64,000 bases of DNA from Chiloscyllium plagiosum (Eukaryota). The DNA lies in the NCBI RefSeq assembly GCF_004010195.1, contig NC_057719.1:74955106-75019105 (forward strand), given 5' to 3'. Every line of letters begins with the position of its first letter. Position 1 is the stretch's first letter. Position numbers and translations under genes: made by a program. Below the pieces are notes generated by a model. That model did no database searches. It saw nothing but the letters and a program-made list of their open reading frames with translations, and was not told where the DNA came from. Shown here one piece after another: positions 46,375-59,114 of the stretch.

Positions 46375-46878
46375 TTTCATGAGATATAGGAGCAGAATTA
46401 GACCATTCGGCCCATTGGGTCTGCTCTGCCATTCGATCATGACTGATATGCTTGTCACCCCCCATTTTCTCTATCATACTTCAACACATTACCAATTAAA
46501 AATCTGTCTAACTCCTCCTTAATATACTCACTGCCCCAGCATCCACCACACTTTGGGGGAGCGAATTCCACAGATTCTGTGGCAGAAGTAGTTTCTCCTC
46601 GACTCTGTTTTAAATTTGATATCCCTTATCCTAAGACTCTGACCTCTTATCCTAGAGTGCCCCACAAGAGGAAGCATTTGCTCCGTATCTACTTTATCCA
46701 CACTTTTTATCATCTTGAATATCTCAACTTGATCTCCTCTCATTCTTATAAATTCCAGAGAGTATAGGCCTAAACTGTTCAGTATCTCTTCATACAACAA
46801 GCCCCTCACCTCTGGGATCAATCTAGTGAACCTCCTCTGATCTGCCTCCAATGCCACTACATCTTTCCTCAAATAAGT
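46375..46878 (-). mobile_element. CR1-clade LINE 3' fragment
   Basis: ORF MRKDVVALEADQRRFTRLIPEVRGLLYEE..LGLYSLEF.RMRGD..RIRGQSL. Confidence 0.9.
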
Positions 46879-46899
46879 ATCAAAACATTCCTTTCTGAA

Positions 46900-47290
46900 T
46901 TAGAATGAGGAAGAAAATATATCCCTGAAAGCCAGCTCCACAGGGTGGGGCCTGTTGCTCATATACCTGACGCCACACTCCTGAAGCAACTACTCTTGGA
47001 GCTCAGTTGTGGCAGGATATTCCAAGGAGAACAGAGAAGCAATGTTCAGCGTGATTGTCAAAGCATCTCTGCAGAGGTCAAGCATATCAGCCAACTCATG
47101 GGAGACCAGGGCTCATGGCTAGCTGAAGAAGGAGAGATTTCTTTGGGAACGTGCAAAGGTGAAGCCAGGGAAGTGTACAAGCCCCGACCTCCATTCTACT
47201 TGAACTTCTGAGCACCACTTGCCCACATGTCTCAGAACCCATCAAGCCGGCAAAAGGAGAAGCTGCAGAAAATCCTCTTTATTGTATTGT
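46900..47290 (+). mobile_element. RTE-clade LINE C-terminal remnant
   Basis: QLHRVGPVAHIPDATLLKQLL..EL..GR..QGEQR resembles the RTE motif QLRWAGHVVRMPD.RLPKQ.LY.EL..G.R..GGQ.KR. Confidence 0.65.
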
Positions 47291-47729
47291 TGGTTCGAGG
47301 AACCCTGGCTTTGTAGATTTCCTTTGAGCTGTGGTGGTGATGATAGTTATAATTTGTCATGTTAATAATCTCCGCAATCTAATCATGAAGAACGTGGGTG
47401 CAGTAATACTTTGAAGGAATAGACGGTTGAGGTGAAATAACGTGTGACTTGGTGATTGATAAGGAGAGCATTCTTGAGAATGTTCCTTATTGATAGGGTA
47501 GGCCAAACTTGCCTTCTGCCTCTGAGCTTCAATTCTGTACCATCCTAGGCTGCTCTCTGCTGGCCCAAAGTAAATTGAGTTGCCCACTTCAAACTAGAAG
47601 CAGTACAGAGCTGCCCTGAACGTGGCTAAAATTGGCACTGAGCTCATGCACAGAGGCTGTTAGGGTGATTTGGGAAATGAAAGAATTTGACTTGGTGACT
47701 TGTTTTTGGAATGGCCTTAATAATGGGAA

Positions 47730-48062
47730 GACATGCATTTATGTAATACCTCTCAGGACCTCAGGAATTCTGAACAAGTACTTTTCAAGTATAGTGTAGT
47801 TGTTCGGAAACACCTCACATACGGCAGTGTGACGGCAAATTATTGCCCAAGACAGCAGAGAAATCCACTTGCATCTTTCTGGAACAGTGTAACGAGTTCT
47901 GATATGTCCACCAAGAGTGTAGGCAGGACCCTCATTTGCGTCTGAATGCTGCCACCCACTCAGCAGTGCAGCATTCCTTACTTCTGGATTTTCGTGTTGA
48001 AGTGTCTGAGTGAGATTTGTTGCGTGTTCACTCGAGTGTGAGGGTGCTACCAACACAGCCCC
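47730..48062 (-). mobile_element. Deu-domain SINE relic
   Basis: CATGCATTTATGTAATACC (L2-like tail), CAGTGCAGCATTCC, GAGGGTGCTACCAACACAGCC (head); strongly diverged. Confidence 0.45.
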
Positions 48063-49304
48063 GGTTAACACTACAGGGCACAGCAGAGTATGCAATGTAT
48101 CCGGCCCGTGCTGCAGTGTTGCTGTGGCTTCCTTTTACATTGCTAACATAACCTGCTCCGCTTTCAGCATGCACCAGTACATATAGTCAAAGCTTGTTCC
48201 AGAAGTCCTCCGGACACTAATGGTCGCCTTTGACTTTTATCTGACTGTCTGAGATCACAGGTGGAATGACCAGATCAGCCATGATCTCATAAGCCAATGG
48301 GCTGAATGGCCTATTTCTGCAACTGCATCTTAGGATCTTTATTGGGATTTGTGGCATGTTTTTAGACTGCGTTTTACGCCAGAGAATGCAAACGACACTT
48401 GCATTTGTTATAAAGACTCTTGAGTGGGCATGGATTCCTGAATCATTGTCCGCGTCTTGCTGCATCCTTTGGTATCTGAGGCTTTGCCAATCGTGAAGCC
48501 AGGATGAGGAACAGCAGCTATTTGTTTTCCCTCCTTGCCTAATCCACGCCTCTAAGTTGAATTGCAGTGCCCTGACCACCATCCTGAATGGAAACAACTT
48601 GCTTCGGGCTGGAGGCTTTTCTGCTCTGTTTGCATGTGTACTCACGGGATAAGCTGACTCTGAGTTTGTGGGGAGGTAGATGTCGGGAAGCTTATAGGTG
48701 AGTGAGGGTGCATTGGACATGATTGCAACACATGTGGTCAGGGGCTGTCGTTCTCTTATCCCTGGCAAGTGCAGTTTTGTGTATGACTCCAGGACATCAC
48801 CACCACCAGATTTAGATTTATTGTCACATGTGTATCAAAATTGCAGTGTTTTTTTTGTGTGTTCGACACAAAGTGTCACCACACTCCTGTGCCATCTTGA
48901 ACATAATGCAAGATTTTACTACAGTAGAGTTCATCTTTCTCTCTTCTTCTTGTTCCTCCTCCGCTGCTCCTCCAGTCGCTGCTCGCCATTGGTCAGAGCC
49001 TCTGAAACAGGTTCCTGGATCTCTGTAATGGCCTCTGGGCTCCCAGTTATAGGCCTACACGACTGCCATGTCTGAGTTGTAGCCGTGGGCCTGGGTTATA
49101 TGGGATCCATACGACTTGAACCCCATCCAATGCTCCTCTGGCCACTGCTGCTGGTTATCCGCCGTCCTGTTTGCCAATACTTCCGCTTCTTCAGGCACCC
49201 ATGGCCTAGCTGTGGACCTGGAGCCTTGGCACAGCCTGCGAGTCTGGGCCGGGGAAGCCAGCCCCGGCACCTGCTGCCCAACCACGTAGACATTGCTCAT
49301 CACG

Positions 49305-49585
49305 CAAGGGGAGATGGTTGCACCATGCTAATGTCTCTGGATGAGTAATCTAGAGATCCAGGCTCATGCTTCGTGTAAATGGTTTCAAATCCCACCGCTG
49401 CAGCTGATTGAATACCATTGTCATAAAAGCCAATCTGGCTCAATAATGTCCTTTAGGGGAAGAAATCTACTGCCCTGACCTGGTCTGGCTGACTTGGAAA
49501 TGCCCTCTGCTCCAGCCTGGAATGCTAAATCAGTTCGAGGGCAAGAAATGCCAGTCTTGTCAGCGAGGTCTACATTATCCCATGA
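49305..49585 (+). mobile_element. tRNA-headed SINE with LINE-derived tail
   Basis: GGTTTCAAATCCCACC, CCTTTAGGGGAAGAAATCT..CCTGACCTGGTCTGGC; homologous to 41600-41888. Confidence 0.6.
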
Positions 49586-50561
49586 ATTACCAGAGGTTCA
49601 CTGACTGTTTGAAATCATGAACACAAAGGGTGTAATCCTAACATTCCTCTGTTAACAGTTATTACAAGAAAGAGTTCAAGATTAGTATCTTAAATTTACA
49701 CAAGAGCGATTAAATATGTGCAAAGCAGAGCTAACTAAAGTGAACTGACAAATTAGGTTAATACAGTGGCAGACATTTAAGAAGATATGTCAAAAAGCAC
49801 AAATCAATACATTCCAACCAGAAAGAAAAAAATTCCAAAGACATCCTTGATTAACTAATAAGGTTGAAGATAATATCAAACTTCAAGAAAAAGCGTATAA
49901 TTGTGCAAACATATGCCACTAGTCAAAAGATTGGACAGATTGTAAAGGAATAAACAAAGAATGATCAAAAGATGAGTAAAGAGGGAACAATGTGAGTATG
50001 TGAGAAAGCTAGCAAGAAATGTGAAAAGAAATTGGAAGAGTTTCTATAGATTTTGATTTTTAAAGACCAGAGTTAACAAAGTGAATGTTGGTCCCATAGA
50101 AAATGAGTTTGGTAATTAATAATAGAAAATAAGGAAGTGGCAAATGAATCGAGCAGATGTTTTGCATTGGTCTTTGTTGTGTACAATTCCAGTAATATCC
50201 AAGAAATGGCTATAAATCAGGAAGTGGAAGTGGGTGGAGGAGGAGCTGATAAAAGTACAATTACTAGTGAAGCGGTACTGAGAAAATCCTTGGAGCTGTG
50301 GGCTGACAAATGCCATGGATTTAATGGACTTCATCCAAGGGTCTTCAAATAAGTGATTTGTGACATGAATGCTTTGGTTAAGCCAAATAAGTGCTTTGGT
50401 TTTAAATTTCCAAAATTTTCCATATGCAGGAAAGTTTCAATTAGATTAGAAAATAGTGATTGCAACTACATTACTTAAAACAGGAGGGAGACAGAAGGAA
50501 CCTACAGGCTAATTAGCTTAACAACTGTTGTAGAGAGGATGTGAGAAGCTATTATTAAAGT

Positions 50562-50846
50562 CACATAGAATCCCTACAGTGTGGAAACAGACCATTCATC
50601 CATCGAGTCCAAATCAACCCTCCCCGCTACCTGTAACCCTGCATTTCCACCTAGCCTGCATATCCCTGGACGCTATGGGCAAATTAACATGGCCAATCCA
50701 CCTAACCTGCAAATCTTTGGACTGTGGGAGAAAACCAGAGCACCCAGAGGAAACACATGCAGACTTGGGGAGAGAGGGTGGAATTGAACGCGGGTCCTGA
50801 GCACTGTGAGGTAGCAGTGCTAACCACTGAGGCATCATGCCGCCCC
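50562..50846 (-). mobile_element. HE1-like V-SINE
   Basis: CATAGAATCCCTACAGTGTGGAAACAG tail; GGAATTGAACGCGGGTCC head. Confidence 0.85.
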
Positions 50847-51090
50847 AATGTAGCAGGGCTGTTTGAAAAATTCAAGGTAATCAGGCAAAGCCAACATGGT
50901 TTGTGAAAGGGAAGCCATGGTAAACCAACTTATTGATCTCTTTGAGGAAGTACCATGTGCTGTGGATAAAGGAGAACTGGAGGATGTTCTAAACTTAGAT
51001 TTGATAAGCGTTTGATAAGATGTCACGACAAAGGTTATTACAATAAAAAAACTCATAGTGTAGGATGTATCATATTGCCACGGATAATAG

Positions 51091-51416
51091 GCGGCACGGT
51101 GGCACAGTGGGTAGCACTGCTGCCTCACAGCGCCAGAGACCCGGGTTCAATTCCCATCTCAGGCGACTGACTGGACTGTGTAGAATTTACATGTTCTCCC
51201 CGTGTCTGCGTGGGTTTCCTCCGGGTGCTCCGGTTTCCTCCCACAGTCCAAAGATGTGCTGGTTAGGTGAATTGGCCATGCTAAATTGCCCATAGTGTTA
51301 GGTGAAGGGGTAAATGTAGGGGAATGGGTCTGGGCGGGTTGCGCTTCGGTGGGTCAGTGTGGACTTGTTGGGCCGAAGGGCCGGTTTCCACACTGTAAGT
51401 AATCTAATCTAATCTA
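51091..51416 (+). mobile_element. Full-length HE1-like V-SINE, young subfamily
   Basis: GCGGCACGGTGGCACAGTGG, GGTTCAATTCCC, (AATCT)n tail; short TSD AATAG. Confidence 0.92.
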
Positions 51417-52769
51417 AAATAGATTGGCTAACTAATGGGAAAGGGGAAGTAGGTGCAAATGAGTCCTTCGTTAGTTGGCAAGATTTAATGAATAGCATGC
51501 CACAGGGATCACTGCTGGGACCTCAGCATTCTACAGTTTGTATATGTGGCTTGGATGAAGGTGCCAAAGGTATAGTTGCCAAAGTTGCTGATTTTCATGA
51601 AACAAACACTGGCTACGGATGGAGTGTCTTATGAGGAGAGGTTGGGCTTGTACTGAATAGAATTTAGAAGAATGAGAGGGGAACTTATTGAAATATGCAA
51701 ACCTGTTAAGGGACTGGACAGAATTGGTGTTGACAGGTTGTTCCCCCTAGTGAGAGAGTCTAAGGCTAGAGGGCATCACCTCAGAACAAGGATCACACAT
51801 TTAAGATAGCGATAGGGCGAAATTTCTTCTCTCAGAGCCTGATGAATTTGTGAAATTCCTTACTGCAGAGGGCTGTCAAATCTAGTTCAGTATTCAAGGC
51901 CAAGGTAGACAGATATTTAATCAGTAAAGGGAATTGAAAATTATAGGAAAAGGTAGGAAAGTGAAGTTGATCTCATTAGAATGGGGAAGCAGAGTCAGTG
52001 GGCTGAATGGCCTAGTTCTGCTTTTATATCTTATGGTCTCACTCTGAGTTACGTCTTCTGACTCAGTCTTTTCCACTGACTCATTCCCTCCCTGTAACTC
52101 CTTCACTAACATTTTCCCTTCCATGACTCCCTCCGATCCGACTCTATCCCTCTGATTTACTGCCTCTGTCTTTCTATCTTTCACTTGTTGCTGTCTCTGA
52201 CTCTCTGCTCCCTGACTCACACCCTTTGACTCAGTCTCGCTCTTTGATTCTCTTCCACCGCAACTTCAACCCTTATCCTCTGAATCACCGTTTCTCCGAC
52301 ATGCCCTCCCTCTCTTTCAACCTTGCTTCTTTTTGTCTGATTTTCCATCCTGCTGACTCTCCCTTGTCTAAACAGCAGCTACAACAGTGCAGTTCCCCTC
52401 TACTTATCGAGCACATAAGGAACATGGGACCTAAGAGCATTTTATAGTTTATATCTACAGAGCTTTGGCTTAATCACAAAGCAGTTCTTCAATTCCTAAG
52501 AATACAAAGTCTAATTAGCATCCCCCCAAAAACAGAATTCATTCCATTCATTGTATATGAATAAATTGTAAATCTGCTTGGAATTACAAATAAATTGCAG
52601 CAGACCAGACTCCTGCTTAAATACACAAAGTGGGAATCAGGGATATAAACCTTTCAAATGGCCAGACTGTCATTTCTCAGAAGGTTGATCAATTGCAAAT
52701 TTCACAGATACAGCCTAACCTCCTCTGAAGGATACCCTTACATAGCTGTAGGTCCCAAGTCCTGAGTTT

Positions 52770-53003
52770 CCTGTCAGATTTCCTTTCCCAAAGGACATTA
52801 GTGAACCAAAAGGTTTTTATAGCAATTGACCGTAGTTTTATGGTCACCATCACTGAGACCAACTTATAATTACAGACTTTCTATTAACTGAATTTAGTTT
52901 CCACCACTTGCTCTGGTAGGATTTGAGTCAATGCCCCGAGATATTGGATTTGGTTTTTGGATTAATAATCCAGGGACATTGCTACAATACCATTGTCGCC
53001 CTC
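52770..53003 (-). mobile_element. tRNA-headed SINE (same family as 41600-41888)
   Basis: AGATTTCCTTTCCCAAAGGACATTAGTGAACCA...ACCATTGTCGCCCTCC. Confidence 0.55.
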
Positions 53004-53164
53004 CAATAATTGCAAAATAAAAACTGGAAGTCTGAGGCAATTCTCCCACAGTTTCTGCCTGCAGCTCATCTTCCTAGGACTAAGATCTTTTAATCTGACC
53101 AAAATACAGGAGCCTCCTATCCCACACCAGTCACTAGAAAAAAACACTTGATCTTCAGATATCA

Positions 53165-53487
53165 ATATTACTGGGTTCTAGGCACTGTCTTTCAGATGGG
53201 CCTTTAATTAGGGTCCCCGTCTGCTCTCTTAGATAGATATTCAAGGATATTTTGAAGTACTTCAGGAATGTCCCCTTGGTATCCCAGCCAAAATGTATCC
53301 CTGTTTTAATATCTGCTAAATCAAATTATTTGATGTTACCACCTACACTGTTGTTCAAGACAAAGACTTAGTTAGCTGCTACATACATTACAACAATGAC
53401 CACACTTCAGAAAACCTTGCATGGCTTTCAAAGTGCTGTGAAGCATCCTGATATTGTGAAAGGTGCTTTATAAACATAAGACTTTTT
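53165..53487 (+). mobile_element. Deu-domain SINE relic with L2-like tail
   Basis: GGTCCCCGTCTGCTCTCTTAGATAGAT, ACATTACAACAATGACCACACTTCA, TGTGAAAGGTGCTTTATAAACATAAG. Confidence 0.6.
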
Positions 53488-53987
53488 GACCATTCTTTCC
53501 ATTTATAAAAGTTTTATAAAACACTTTTGAAGCGTTTAATGGCTTTATCTAGCCAGTTCCAGTTTCTGCTGTGTGTGCATTCTGAGTTTGTGTGTGTGTG
53601 TGTGTGTTTCTATGAAGCAACAAATATATGGTGTTATGTAACCACGTTGCGCTGAAGTGCTGAATGTACAGATATGTTGTGCCCATTTTGTCACAACAAA
53701 AGTTTGTGTAGAATGTACAGCCCTTGTGAGATTGTAAACATTCTAAACCTCTCAAATTTATGACCTGAGTTAAACTATGAAGGGTTTGAAGACATTTTTA
53801 TTGTTTGACAAACTGTGGTCATGCCTACTTGGAAATTATTTGTTTGTACAAACATAGGAGGCTAGTGGGAGCAGTATGGGGAGAGGGAAAGAGGTGACAG
53901 AGCAGAAGGGAGGGAGGAATGAGAAGAAAGAGAGATGGAAACATGCACTTTCATGGTATTATCTAGTTTGGGTTGAAACCACGTTCT

Positions 53988-54078
53988 GATTCCTGAAGAA
54001 GGGCTCATGCCCGAAACGCGATTCTCCTGCTCCTTGGATGCTGCCTGACCTGCTGCGCTTTTCCAGCAACACATTTTC
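53988..54078 (+). mobile_element. Short Penelope-derived element (family A), about 90 bp
   Basis: GATTCCTGAAGAAGGGCTCATGCCCGAAACGCGATTCTCC...; TSD-like AACCACGTTCT (53977-53987) and AACCGTGTTCT (54079-54089). Confidence 0.82.
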
Positions 54079-55706
54079 AACCGTGTTCTTCTCTATTTCG
54101 GTAATCTTCTGCAGCTCTATGACACCCTTCTGCCCTGGACTCTCTATTTTAGTGGAACTATCTTCTTGTACATTGCCTGTGTGGTACCTTAAGTGGCCTT
54201 GCCTTCAGCACTTTAGGGAATTGCATCTCTCTCTCTCTCACTGTGTCCTTCAACCTTCTTGAACCTCTTCTGCTTCTTTGGCTTGGCATCAATTCCTTTT
54301 TTCAATGATGCCTCCATGATGCTCTGCGGGTCATTTTCCTCTGCTAATGACACAATACAGATGCAAACTCTTGTGATGTCTGCAAACAAAGTTAAACTGT
54401 AATTGCCTTCCTCAATAAATTAAGTTACCAAATAGTTTTGACTGAGGCACGTAAAATGCACGTGGAACTGTGCCATAAAAATAGTTAACCATCTATAAAT
54501 ATCAGTTAAAATTTATTGCCAATATGACAGAACTTAATTGCTCATGATCTGCTTTAGCCTGCAATTTTTTTCCCTCTGTGAAGAAAGGACGTTAAGAGAA
54601 AGATTGATTTTGCACAGACATGGGCCATTAATTTCAAACAACCAATGAACATTTTACAATGGCAATAACATCTAGCAAATCACAAGATTTAGGAAAATTA
54701 CTTACAATGTTTATACCTTATCATTTCCTGCATAAGCATAATGTAAAAATAAATATTAATGAATATTGCAAAGAGAATGGTTTGAGATATTCATTCGGGC
54801 TTCTACTTAGCCTTTCATCATCCATAACTCTAGTGTGATCTAACATTACAAGCGAGGCTGTTGAAATAGGTGACTTTATTGCAAAACCCATTGTTGAGTA
54901 ATAACTCATGAATGATCAGTTAAGACTGGGTTGTGCAATGAAGCTATCAAGTCAAAGCTCAGTATTAGCAGAACACAGCATTGGTCTTCAGTCAACTATG
55001 TATGATTTATGTGCCAAATAAATGCCCATTTCCACCTCCCTGAAATAATTAAGATTTAATATTTTACTTTCCTCCAATTGATTAGATCCTATGCTGAGGT
55101 CTAAGCTCCTATTTACAGGATTATTATAGTGTTTGCAGTTAAGTTTAGGTAACAACAGAGAATATTTCTGTTCCCCTGTTCACTCCAATGAGAGTCACGA
55201 TGTGGAGAGAAGGTGGATCTCTTTGGTCTGCTGGATAGGAAAGGAAGGAGGTTCTTTATAAAAAAATTGAAGGTTTCAACGCTGCTAGTGCATTGAGAAA
55301 ATCTTCCTGTTTATCGCAACATTCCACTGTCTCGTATTCTGCCACTTGTTTTACCTCTCATGTTGTTTTTGGTGCTCCTCTTCATATCTGGCTGTGGTAG
55401 ATTTTTGTTCATTCAGGTTTTTTGGTGGGAAAGAGCTTGGATCAAAGATGGTCAAATGGATTTGAGATACTGATTAATGTGACGTTAATATTTCTGTGTG
55501 ACAGTCTATGGAATAATAATATTAGGATTTAATCCTTTTACTGTTTTTCTAAGATTTCCAGTGAACCTTGGCACCGTGTTTTGTGACTCTTGTTGATTCT
55601 TCAGAAATGGATCAGATTCCTTCCTCTTCTAAGCTAATACTATCTCCTCCTGTCCCTTGTGAATGTCAGAAGGAAGAGAATCGTTTAAGAGTCCAAGCCA
55701 TTTTGG

Positions 55707-56020
55707 GATTAGATTAGATTACTTACAGTATGGAAACAGGCCCTTCGGCCCAAATAAGTCCACACCGACCCGCCGAAGCGCAACCCACCCATACCCCTAC
55801 ATTTACCCCTATACCTAATACTATGGGCAATCTAGCATGGCCAATTCACCTGACCTGCACATCTTTGGACTGCGGGAGGAAACCGGAGCACCCGGAGGAA
55901 ACCCACGCAGACACGGGGAGAACGTGCAAACTCCACACAGTCAGTCGCCTGAGGCGGGAATTGAACCCGGGTCTCTGGCGCTGTGAGGTAACAGTGCTAA
56001 CCACTGTGCCACTGTGCCAC
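55707..56020 (-). mobile_element. HE1-like V-SINE, young subfamily
   Basis: Nearly identical to 25695-25994. Confidence 0.9.
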
Positions 56021-57359
56021 TGGCCCATGGTGTCCTCTGTCTCACAACAACAACAACTTGCATTAATATCAAGACAACTCAAGACACTTTTCAGGAGACG
56101 AATAGAAGCAGAACTAAAGAGAGAAATTTGAAGAACTGGTCCAAAACTTAATTCTGAATTGGCTTTTACCAGACAATGGAGAAGACATGAGATGAGAGAA
56201 TTAGATGGAGGGATGGAACGACTGGGAGATAGACACTTGATAGTGGGCTGAAGTGCACAGGAGGCCATCATTGGAGGACCATAGATATTGGGAGGGAATT
56301 TATTGCTTTAGAGGATTGCAGATGTAGCAAGTCTCTGTTGAGAGTTTTTGAAGAAAACTGTAAGTGTGTTTCATTGGAAGAATTGGGGTGTAGGATGTGA
56401 GAAACTGCACTTTGGATAAATGGAAGGTTCTGGAGGGTGTGGATTAATATATGGTCACAAAGGAGGGTGTTGGAGTGATCACATCTGTATTTGAAAATAA
56501 TGTGACTTGAATTCAATTGGAGGTAAACTCATGTAAAGGCAGAGATGAGCAACATTTCAGAAGACTTGGTGAAATATGTGGTATGACGCTCAGCTTGGTA
56601 TCAAGCACAGTGCTCAGATTAGTTCAATCCTGTTTAGCCTGGATCAGGGAAGAGAGGGTAACAATGTAATAACCCTCAACAACAGTGAAAACCATTGTCT
56701 TCCCAAAAGACACAATTATTACCTGACCCTTGAACTCCAGTGAAAACTGCTTTTACAATGGTTTTCATATTTACCTCATGTCTAGGTTCTATCAAACTGT
56801 ATTACTGTTTGACTGTAAGTCATATGACCACTTCAGAACAACCTATGTTGAAAGTTGTAGGAGTGTTTTAGTGTTGACAAGTAGATTGGTATGTGAATAG
56901 GAAAGATATAGAGAGATACGGGCCAAATGCTGGCAAATGTGATTAGATTAATTTAGCATATCTGGTCAGCATGGACAAGTTGGACTGAAGGGTCTGTTTC
57001 TGTGCTGTACAACTCTATAACTTTAAGCATGATGATTTTAAGAATCACATTGCACACTTGTTTTGTTTATGTTTAACCATCCTACTTAGCTCCCCCTGTG
57101 TCGTATACCATTCCTTGATGGCCCACTGCCTGCTTCCTTCAACTCTCCATATTTTCCATGTGGGGAAAGAAGGGAGCTCAAGTGTGAAAAGGCAAACTTG
57201 CATTAAATGGCATTTTTCACATACTCAGCCAAAAAAAAATCTGATTACTCGATTGTGATCACTGTTGTGTGGTAACTACTTATCACTCAGTGAAACCCTC
57301 TTGGCAACAATGAGGTGAATGAGTACGTGGCTTGTTTATAAATGATGTTGCGCAGTTAA

Positions 57360-57960
57360 TGAAGGTTCTATTGCAAAGGGGCACAGAATATAAAAGCAAG
57401 GACGTTCTGTTTAGCTTGTATAGAACACCAACTCAGCCTCACCTGGGGCATTGTATCCGGTTCTGGGAAACCACACTGCAGGAAGGTTGTGGAGACATTA
57501 GAGACCGTGCAAAATATATTCAAAAGAATTGGTTCCAGGGTTTGAGGAACTTAAGTTGTACAAATAGATTGGAAAAGCAGGGATTCTTCTCCTTGGAAAA
57601 CATTGAGAGGAGCTTTAGTAGAGGTGTTTAAAATCCTGAGCAGTCTGGACTGAGCAGATAGGGAGAACCTGTTCCAAATGTGAGAAGGATCAAGGGGAAG
57701 TGGGCGCAATGTTAATATAATTGGGAAAAGAAACAATTTAGACACAGACCAAACCCTTTTCGAGGAGCAAGTGGCTAGGGTCTGGGAATTTGCTGCTGGA
57801 AGGTGTGGTGAAGACAGGTTCAGTTGGGGCTTCGTAGGGGGGTATTATCTGAAAAGGAGGAATATTCAGGGCCATTGGGAGAAGGTAGGGCGGTAGCACT
57901 AGGTAGATGGATCCTTCAGAGAGCGAGTCTGGGCATGATGTAGCCTCCTTCATGTTTATA
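57360..57960 (+). mobile_element. Old CR1 3' remnant
   Basis: RGTEYKSKDVLFSLYRT...PHL.HCIRFW; RLEKQGFFSLE. Confidence 0.75.
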
Positions 57961-58339
57961 CACATTTATTGATTGTGGAAAAATGTAGGCCCAGACATGC
58001 TCCTGCTTTTCTTTCAATAATGTGATGGGACTTTAAAGCACACCTGAAAAGTCTAAGACAGAATGGAGCAGCAGATGGGGCCTTGATTCAGTGTTAAGCT
58101 GGTGAAAGACAGTAAGAAGCCAGAATGATGTGCCATATAACAGGGATAGATTTACTGGACTGTCCAAGATCAGAAATTCCTCCAATTTCTTCCCTCAGCT
58201 TCTTCTCTCTCCCAATAACTGTGCGTTATTTCAATGACCCACACCTCAGGTACAGCTGTGTTAAAGACAAGAGTAGAAATTTGGCTTGCGCTAGAACATC
58301 TCTTGGCACTTTGCATGCATGTTGGCACATTGGAGTTAG

Positions 58340-58660
58340 GTGACCATGGAATGTGGGCATCATTGGCTAGGCCAGAAATTCTTGCCATCGTTCAGAGGGC
58401 AGTCTGTGGAAACACATGTAGGCCAGACCAGGTAAGGGTGGCAGATTTCCTTCCCTGAAGGTCATTATAATGAAACAGAAGGGTTTTAATTGATAAGTGC
58501 TACTGCTTTCATGGTTATCATTAGATGATTGACTCCAATTCTTTAATTGAATCCAAATTCCACCATTTGCCATGGCGGGATTTGAACCTTGGTCTCCAGA
58601 TCATTACTGGAGTCTCTGAATTAATAGTTCAGTGCCAATATCACCAGGCCATTGCCTCCC
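58340..58660 (-). mobile_element. tRNA-headed SINE (same family as 41600-41888)
   Basis: CATGTAGGCCAGACCAGGTAAGGGTGGCAGATTTCC...GGGATTTGAACC...CCATTGCCTCCC. Confidence 0.65.
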
Positions 58661-59114
58661 TGATAGGCCTTGTGGTCAAGTGGTCTTGTTTAATTGTTTT
58701 TCAGCCATGTGTGGCTGAGCTGATGCTAATTTTTATCCAAGCCCTCCCTCATCCCTGAGTTTGGAGTCTGGGCCTTGGCTTGTGGATGTTTCAAACCGAA
58801 TTAATTTTGTTTACAAGTCAATCTCTACCTGTCAGAGGCCCTCATGTTGACTCCGTCATAGCTCCCCATCTCTGTACAACAACCGTGACCTGTACACCTC
58901 AATTCCTGCCAATTGTAGATTGTAGGGAGAAACAGCTCCCATTGGTGGAAGGATGGAGATTGTTTGCATTGAGCATAATCGGTATTTCCTGTTGTCCAGA
59001 CCAGGCTTGAGGAAGTCCACAGCTACCCTTACCTGCTTCCCTCAGCCCTCTCCAATGTGCCCATCAGGTCATCACTCATCAAGACCACTTGACCACTCAT
59101 CAGGAGCAACTTGT

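Larger units (their letters stand above)
49700..52035 (+). mobile_element. Decayed CR1 LINE hosting two HE1 SINEs
   Basis: ADKCHGFNGLHPRVFK, IRQSQHG, GCATGCCACAGGGATC, 3'UTR GGGCTGAATGGCCTA...TCTTATGGTCT. Confidence 0.78.

Noticed and set aside
48217..48768. 183-aa minus-strand ORF
   Set aside because: No recognisable domain or splice context; partly overlaps a CR1 3'UTR remnant.
51091..51160. tRNA-like sequences at SINE heads as tRNA genes
   Set aside because: They continue into V-domain and LINE-derived tails, so they are SINEs.
52050..52370. Pyrimidine-rich GACTC-type tract with ORFs
   Set aside because: Low-complexity decayed simple repeat.
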